Shown here piece after piece: positions 60,801-64,000 of a stretch of DNA of 64,000 bases; positions within the stretch are counted from its first letter, which is position 1, and every line of letters starts with the position of its first letter. Both the position numbers and the translations under genes were made by a program. This stretch comes from Candidatus Kapaibacterium sp. (GTDB taxonomy: Bacteria; Bacteroidota; Ignavibacteria; Kapaibacteriales; UBA2268): the NCBI GenBank assembly GCA_963665665.1, contig OY762428.1:5024001-5088000 (forward strand). Reading direction: 5' to 3'. The notes beneath the pieces are model-generated. The model worked only from the letters and a program-made list of their open reading frames with translations. It ran no database searches and had not been told where the DNA came from.

Positions 60801-61116
60801 TTTCGAGGGCAGTTATCTCTGAAGGAAGTATAACACCACCGCCACCGCCAAACACAAGAATATCCCCGGCTCCTTTTTCTTTAAGCAAATCAACAAGGTA
60901 TTTGAAATATTCATTATGGCCACCCTGGTAGGAACTTATCAAAACAGCGTCAACATCCTCCTGGACTGCAACGGTAACAACTTCTTCAACTGACCTGTTA
61001 TGGCCAAGGTGAATTACTTCGGCTCCTCGTTTTTGTAATAATCTGCGGAAAAGATTAATCGAAACATCATGACCATCAAATAATGCTGCTGCTGTCAGAA
61101 CACGAATATTATTCAT
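57877..61116 (-). CDS. icmF: Fused isobutyryl-CoA mutase/MeaI GTPase
   Basis: N-terminal FDGHD B12-binding domain, GTGGSGKSS, ETSGIGQ, FPYTAGVFPFKR, YHIAEAGANP, HIQTSGRSLHAQE; 1079 aa. Confidence 0.95.
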   Translation of the reverse strand: MNNIRVLTAAALFDGHDVSINLFRRLLQKRGAEVIHLGHNRSVEEVVTVAVQEDVDAVLISSYQGGHNEYFKYLVDLLKEKGAGDILVFGGGGGVILPSEITALENYGVMRLYHATDGQKIGIDGIADDIIERVTEYKKENRKPCDLGEDTVRENNTENHIKLARQLTALEYSPEPESYIDLYSKFDKNKSIVLGVTGTGGSGKSSLIDEIIGRFIAFTENVKIGVLAVDPSKSKTGGALLGDRIRYNNIYNNRVFLRSFATRSSVSEISDSITAAIAALKSAGFDIIIVETSGIGQGNSAVADISDHSMYVMTAEFGAPTQLEKIDMLDVANYIAINKFEKIGSEDALREVIINYIRTHNIRPEAGKQLEDLGLPVYACSSNQFNNHGVNRLFKDLLDLLNNEKSGDYKANSEMIALLPTDLTRDFGLISNSRVNYLSEIAETVKKYHEAGNKQAELAGDIFALKQAMKQISDSDIMKGVKNVFSEKWDKLDDKVKDFLSSWDEKKNKCFDEELNYKIQDKEYSIKLYNKSLSGSRIPKVLPPQFENWKDLVKYYYRENFPGDFPYTAGVFPFKRTTEDPKRQFAGEGPAERTNRRFHYLTKGDKFKRLSVAFDGITLYGEDPALSPDIYGKIGESGVSICTIEDMDMLMDGFDLTDPFTSVSMTINAPAPIMVAFYFMTAYKRELGKAEAGGNKLSDQEKQDLKLNTFRRIRGTVQADMLKEDQGQNTCIFSIDFAMKLIGDLQEYLSNNNIRNYYSLSISGYHIAEAGANPISQLAFTLANGFTYVEYFLNRGLDVDDFAPNLSFFFSNGMDPEYSVLGRVARRIWAVAMRDKYGANPKSQKLKYHIQTSGRSLHAQEIDFNDIRTTLQGLIAFNDNCNSLHTNSYDEAVTTPTEESVRRSMAIQLILSKEFGLLKNENPNQGSFLMEYLTDLVEDAVLEEFRRISRRGGVLGAMETQYQRSKIQEESMIYEAQKQSGEYPIIGVNTYLNENAESPYDNMEITRATTEEKQTILTRLKTFDEKHADTKAEALRRLRETALTQGNIFEELLNTVEHVSMGEITRALYEIGGKYRRGM

Positions 61117-61277
61117 ATTCTCTCCGGATTTGTTTTGGAAACATACTATACTTTCCGGTTTTTCCGGTCATTCGTTATTTTTCTTGCGGAGGGTATCTTA
61201 CCGGTATTAAATCATTATTCTATTACATCAATTTAAAATGACTGTTTTTAATCATTTTTATTTTTCAAGATAATAAA

Positions 61278-61973
61278 TCAAAAGAAAATTCCAAGCAGAA
61301 AACTTACTGTATGGAATTTAGGGTTGGGATTTGAAAAATTATTCAGCTCTTTATCATTGATGATAGGAGATAGAGAGTACTGGTATCTTAAGTCGAAAAG
61401 ATATCTGAATTTATCAGTTAAAATTGTGAATTCAGCCCCGCCTATCAGATTTGCAAAACTTTCCCTGATGAACTCCGGCTCGGAATTATCCTTTACACGG
61501 ATAACTTCACCGGATTCAATGTTATCAATTGAACTAAAATAAGAAGCTCTGGACCGGAATGCCACGGACATTCCGCCAAAAAAATGCAGCGCTTTTCGGT
61601 CCATTTCGTGGTTTGCCATAAAGAGCAGTGGTACTTCAATAAAATCAACAGAAAGTTCCTCAATCCTGAAGAGTTTGTTTTGGCCTGAAAGATTATATGA
61701 GCGGTGATAATAAGTTTTTGAGTTATATAATAATTCACACTGAATCGAAAATTTTTCAAGAATTTGAGCATTCATGAAAAATCCTCCAATAAAACTGTAG
61801 CCAGAATTTCTTTCTGTTTCAGACGCAGACTGAATAAGAACCGGATCATCTGTATTAATAAATGTTCTGTTTAGCCCGGATAAGTATCCGAAGTTAACAA
61901 AAAGTTCCTTTTCTTCTGCAAATACAGATAGAGGAAAAAATAGAAATATGAGAAGAAGTTTTTTCATGTTCAT
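61278..61973 (-). CDS. Outer-membrane beta-barrel (porin family) protein
   Basis: Signal peptide, SIQCELLY, FIEVPLL, FDLRYQYSL, C-terminal Phe. Confidence 0.8.
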   Translation of the reverse strand: MNMKKLLLIFLFFPLSVFAEEKELFVNFGYLSGLNRTFINTDDPVLIQSASETERNSGYSFIGGFFMNAQILEKFSIQCELLYNSKTYYHRSYNLSGQNKLFRIEELSVDFIEVPLLFMANHEMDRKALHFFGGMSVAFRSRASYFSSIDNIESGEVIRVKDNSEPEFIRESFANLIGGAEFTILTDKFRYLFDLRYQYSLSPIINDKELNNFSNPNPKFHTVSFLLGIFF

Positions 61974-61985
61974 TAATTGAAAAAA

Positions 61986-62996
61986 TTATACAGATTCTAT
62001 CATCTTCCCGGCAGCTTTCAGTATCATTTTTACTCCTGAGTCAAAATCAATATCATAAAGCCTGGCACCTGCGGCATGGAAATGCCCGCCACCACCAAAT
62101 TGTGTTGCAACATCTCGAACGGAATATTCATCCTTGGACCTTAAAGATACTCTGAGAAAATTACTATCCGGCGATTGCCGGATGAAAATTCCTACTTTAA
62201 CTCCTGCAACTGACATAATTCTTTCAACTATGTTTTCTGTATCCGATTGTTTTGCTCCGAGTTTATCAAAATCTTCCGATTCAATGCCTATAAATCCCAG
62301 CTTACCACCGAAGTGAAGATCAAGTCTGCTCATTGCCAGGCCCGACAGTTTGAAAGCAGTATCAGAAACGTTGTTGTAAATAAATTCAAACATATCCTCG
62401 GGCTTCGCACCACAGTCAATTAATTCGGCAATAATCCTGTGAACCTCACCGTCTGTTCTCGGGAACCTGAAACTGCCGGTATCTGTCATTATTGCGACGT
62501 AAAGAGCTTCCGCAGCTGCTCTGCTGGTTTGGTAATTTTTATCTTTGTCTGTTATTTTCCAGATTAATTGTCCGCATGAAGCAGCTTCTGTATCAACATA
62601 ATAATAATCAGCAAAATCATCAGGTTCAATGTGGTGGTCAATCACAAGTTTTTCAGCAGAAGACTTTGTTAAAGAATCGCCAATAGCGCCTGTACGAGAT
62701 GTATCGTTAACATCAGTTACAATAATCAGATCAGCTTCTGCAATTAGTTCATCATGTTCTTCTGGTTTATAAAGAAAAAATTTATCGCTACCCTGAAGAA
62801 AAATAAGATTTTCTGGAACCGGGTCGCTGTTCAAAAGGAACACTTTTTTGTTGATAGACTTAAGATAGTAAAACAGGCCAAGCTGAGATCCGAGACAGTC
62901 TCCGTCGGGGCTGTGATGCCCGGATATAACAATTTTATTTTTCTCTCCGAGTAATTTAATTATCTGTTGTTCTGTTAAATAATTTAGTTTATTCAT
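61986..62996 (-). CDS. nrnA: DHH/DHHA1 phosphoesterase (NrnA-like)
   Basis: H.SPDGD, IDHH, TDTGSFRF, SLRS, GGGGHFHAAG. Confidence 0.92.
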   Translation of the reverse strand: MNKLNYLTEQQIIKLLGEKNKIVISGHHSPDGDCLGSQLGLFYYLKSINKKVFLLNSDPVPENLIFLQGSDKFFLYKPEEHDELIAEADLIIVTDVNDTSRTGAIGDSLTKSSAEKLVIDHHIEPDDFADYYYVDTEAASCGQLIWKITDKDKNYQTSRAAAEALYVAIMTDTGSFRFPRTDGEVHRIIAELIDCGAKPEDMFEFIYNNVSDTAFKLSGLAMSRLDLHFGGKLGFIGIESEDFDKLGAKQSDTENIVERIMSVAGVKVGIFIRQSPDSNFLRVSLRSKDEYSVRDVATQFGGGGHFHAAGARLYDIDFDSGVKMILKAAGKMIESV

Positions 62997-63117
62997 AATT
63001 CCATTAATAATCTGTTACAAATTCAAAGCCATATTACAAAACATTTAATATTGACTCCACAAAATTAATCAAATATTTGTATTTTTGTTAATGTAATAAT
63101 TAATCTTGAAAATCAAA

Positions 63118-63939
63118 ATGACAGAAGAAGAATTACAACAACTAAAAGATGAATTGAAAAAAGAACCTGTTAAGGAAAAGAAAGTCCGGCAGAAGAGATC
63201 ACCAAAGGGATTTATGCCTTATTTTTTAGTATTTGTCAGTTTATCCTTATCGATTATTCTATTATATTTTATTCTGGACAAATTGTTGATGCCATCATTT
63301 GTCAGCGATAGGGAAATTGTAGAAATGCCTCTTGTTCAGGGCCTGAATATTGAAGATGCCAAAATGAAATTGCTTAAAAAGAATCTGCATGTATCTGTTT
63401 CCGGGCGAGAAATAAATTCCGAGTTTCCGGCGGATATAATTCTAAGGCAAACACCAAAACAGGGAAAAATGGTTAAATCAGGAAGAACTGTATTCCTGAC
63501 TTTAAGTAAAGGCCCGGATTCGATCAAAGTTCCTTACCTGATTGGACATGATATAAGGCGGGCTAGTGTTCTTCTTATGAGGCGCGGACTTGAATTGGGT
63601 GATACTTTGCATGAATACAGTATGGAATATAAAGCAAAAGCCATTATTCAGCAAAGCCTTAAACCGGGTAGTATGGTTCCGTATGGTTCTGAAGTTGATA
63701 TTATTGTTAGCAATGGCCCTGAAGATTATATCGAAGTACCACAACTGATCGGGGTGGAATTAAATGATCTCAGGAAATTACTTAACGAGTCAGGACTTGA
63801 AATGGGCTCGGTTTCTTACATTGAAGATGAAACATACCTGCCTTTCACGGTTGGCGCTCAAAACCCAAAAGCAGGAGAGAGAGTACCTGCAGGTACGCTA
63901 ATAAATGTATCTGTTTATATTGAGCCTCCAAAATTTTAA
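63118..63939 (+). CDS. Membrane-anchored protein with three PASTA domains
   Basis: Single TM helix, then MPLVQG / VPYLIG / VPQLIG repeats, each with Q.P..G..V. Confidence 0.9.
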   Translation: MTEEELQQLKDELKKEPVKEKKVRQKRSPKGFMPYFLVFVSLSLSIILLYFILDKLLMPSFVSDREIVEMPLVQGLNIEDAKMKLLKKNLHVSVSGREINSEFPADIILRQTPKQGKMVKSGRTVFLTLSKGPDSIKVPYLIGHDIRRASVLLMRRGLELGDTLHEYSMEYKAKAIIQQSLKPGSMVPYGSEVDIIVSNGPEDYIEVPQLIGVELNDLRKLLNESGLEMGSVSYIEDETYLPFTVGAQNPKAGERVPAGTLINVSVYIEPPKF

Positions 63940-64000
63940 ATATTTTTGATTTGATAAAGATTTACATTGACTTTGTAATCATTTTCTTTTTTATTTGTTA

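Noticed and set aside
61117-61277. Cobalamin riboswitch upstream of icmF
   Set aside because: No B12-box or GGGAA core motifs recognisable; the region is short

Overview
64-kb window of a low-GC (roughly 35-40% by eye) bacterial chromosome. T9SS C-terminal sorting domains, Gln-first mature proteins, a DUF4372-type IS4 and a chemoreceptor suggest an FCB-group organism, most likely Ignavibacteria/Kapabacteria-like (inference). The backbone is housekeeping: clpS, a TetR-TolC-MFP-RND efflux operon, purL, Nudix/M16/MoxR, acyl-CoA carboxyltransferase+BCCP, rex with its operator, a K+ channel, tilS-hpt, an MCP, a TPR histidine kinase, icmF, nrnA and a PASTA protein. No rRNA, tRNA, CRISPR-cas or reverse transcriptase was seen. 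Standout features: (1) a ~14-kb surface locus (29964-43731) in which an atypical chaperone-usher-like pilus operon (4 pilin-like subunits, a chaperone, an usher-like protein fused to OmpA) lies directly downstream of two paralogous T9SS cargo proteins that share a LamG-like module and a triple 16-bp NarL-like operator; (2) a TilS with a ~730-aa basic disordered N-terminal extension built from AT-hook-like tandem repeats; (3) a 1.8-kb gap after purL holding two head-to-head, in-phase 21-bp arrays centred on a perfect palindrome and surrounded by many different REP-like palindromes, next to an IS4::pepE fusion scar; (4) an ABC-ATPase + TOPRIM-like gene pair that is a candidate defence module. 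All family assignments come from motif recognition by eye; no searches were run.
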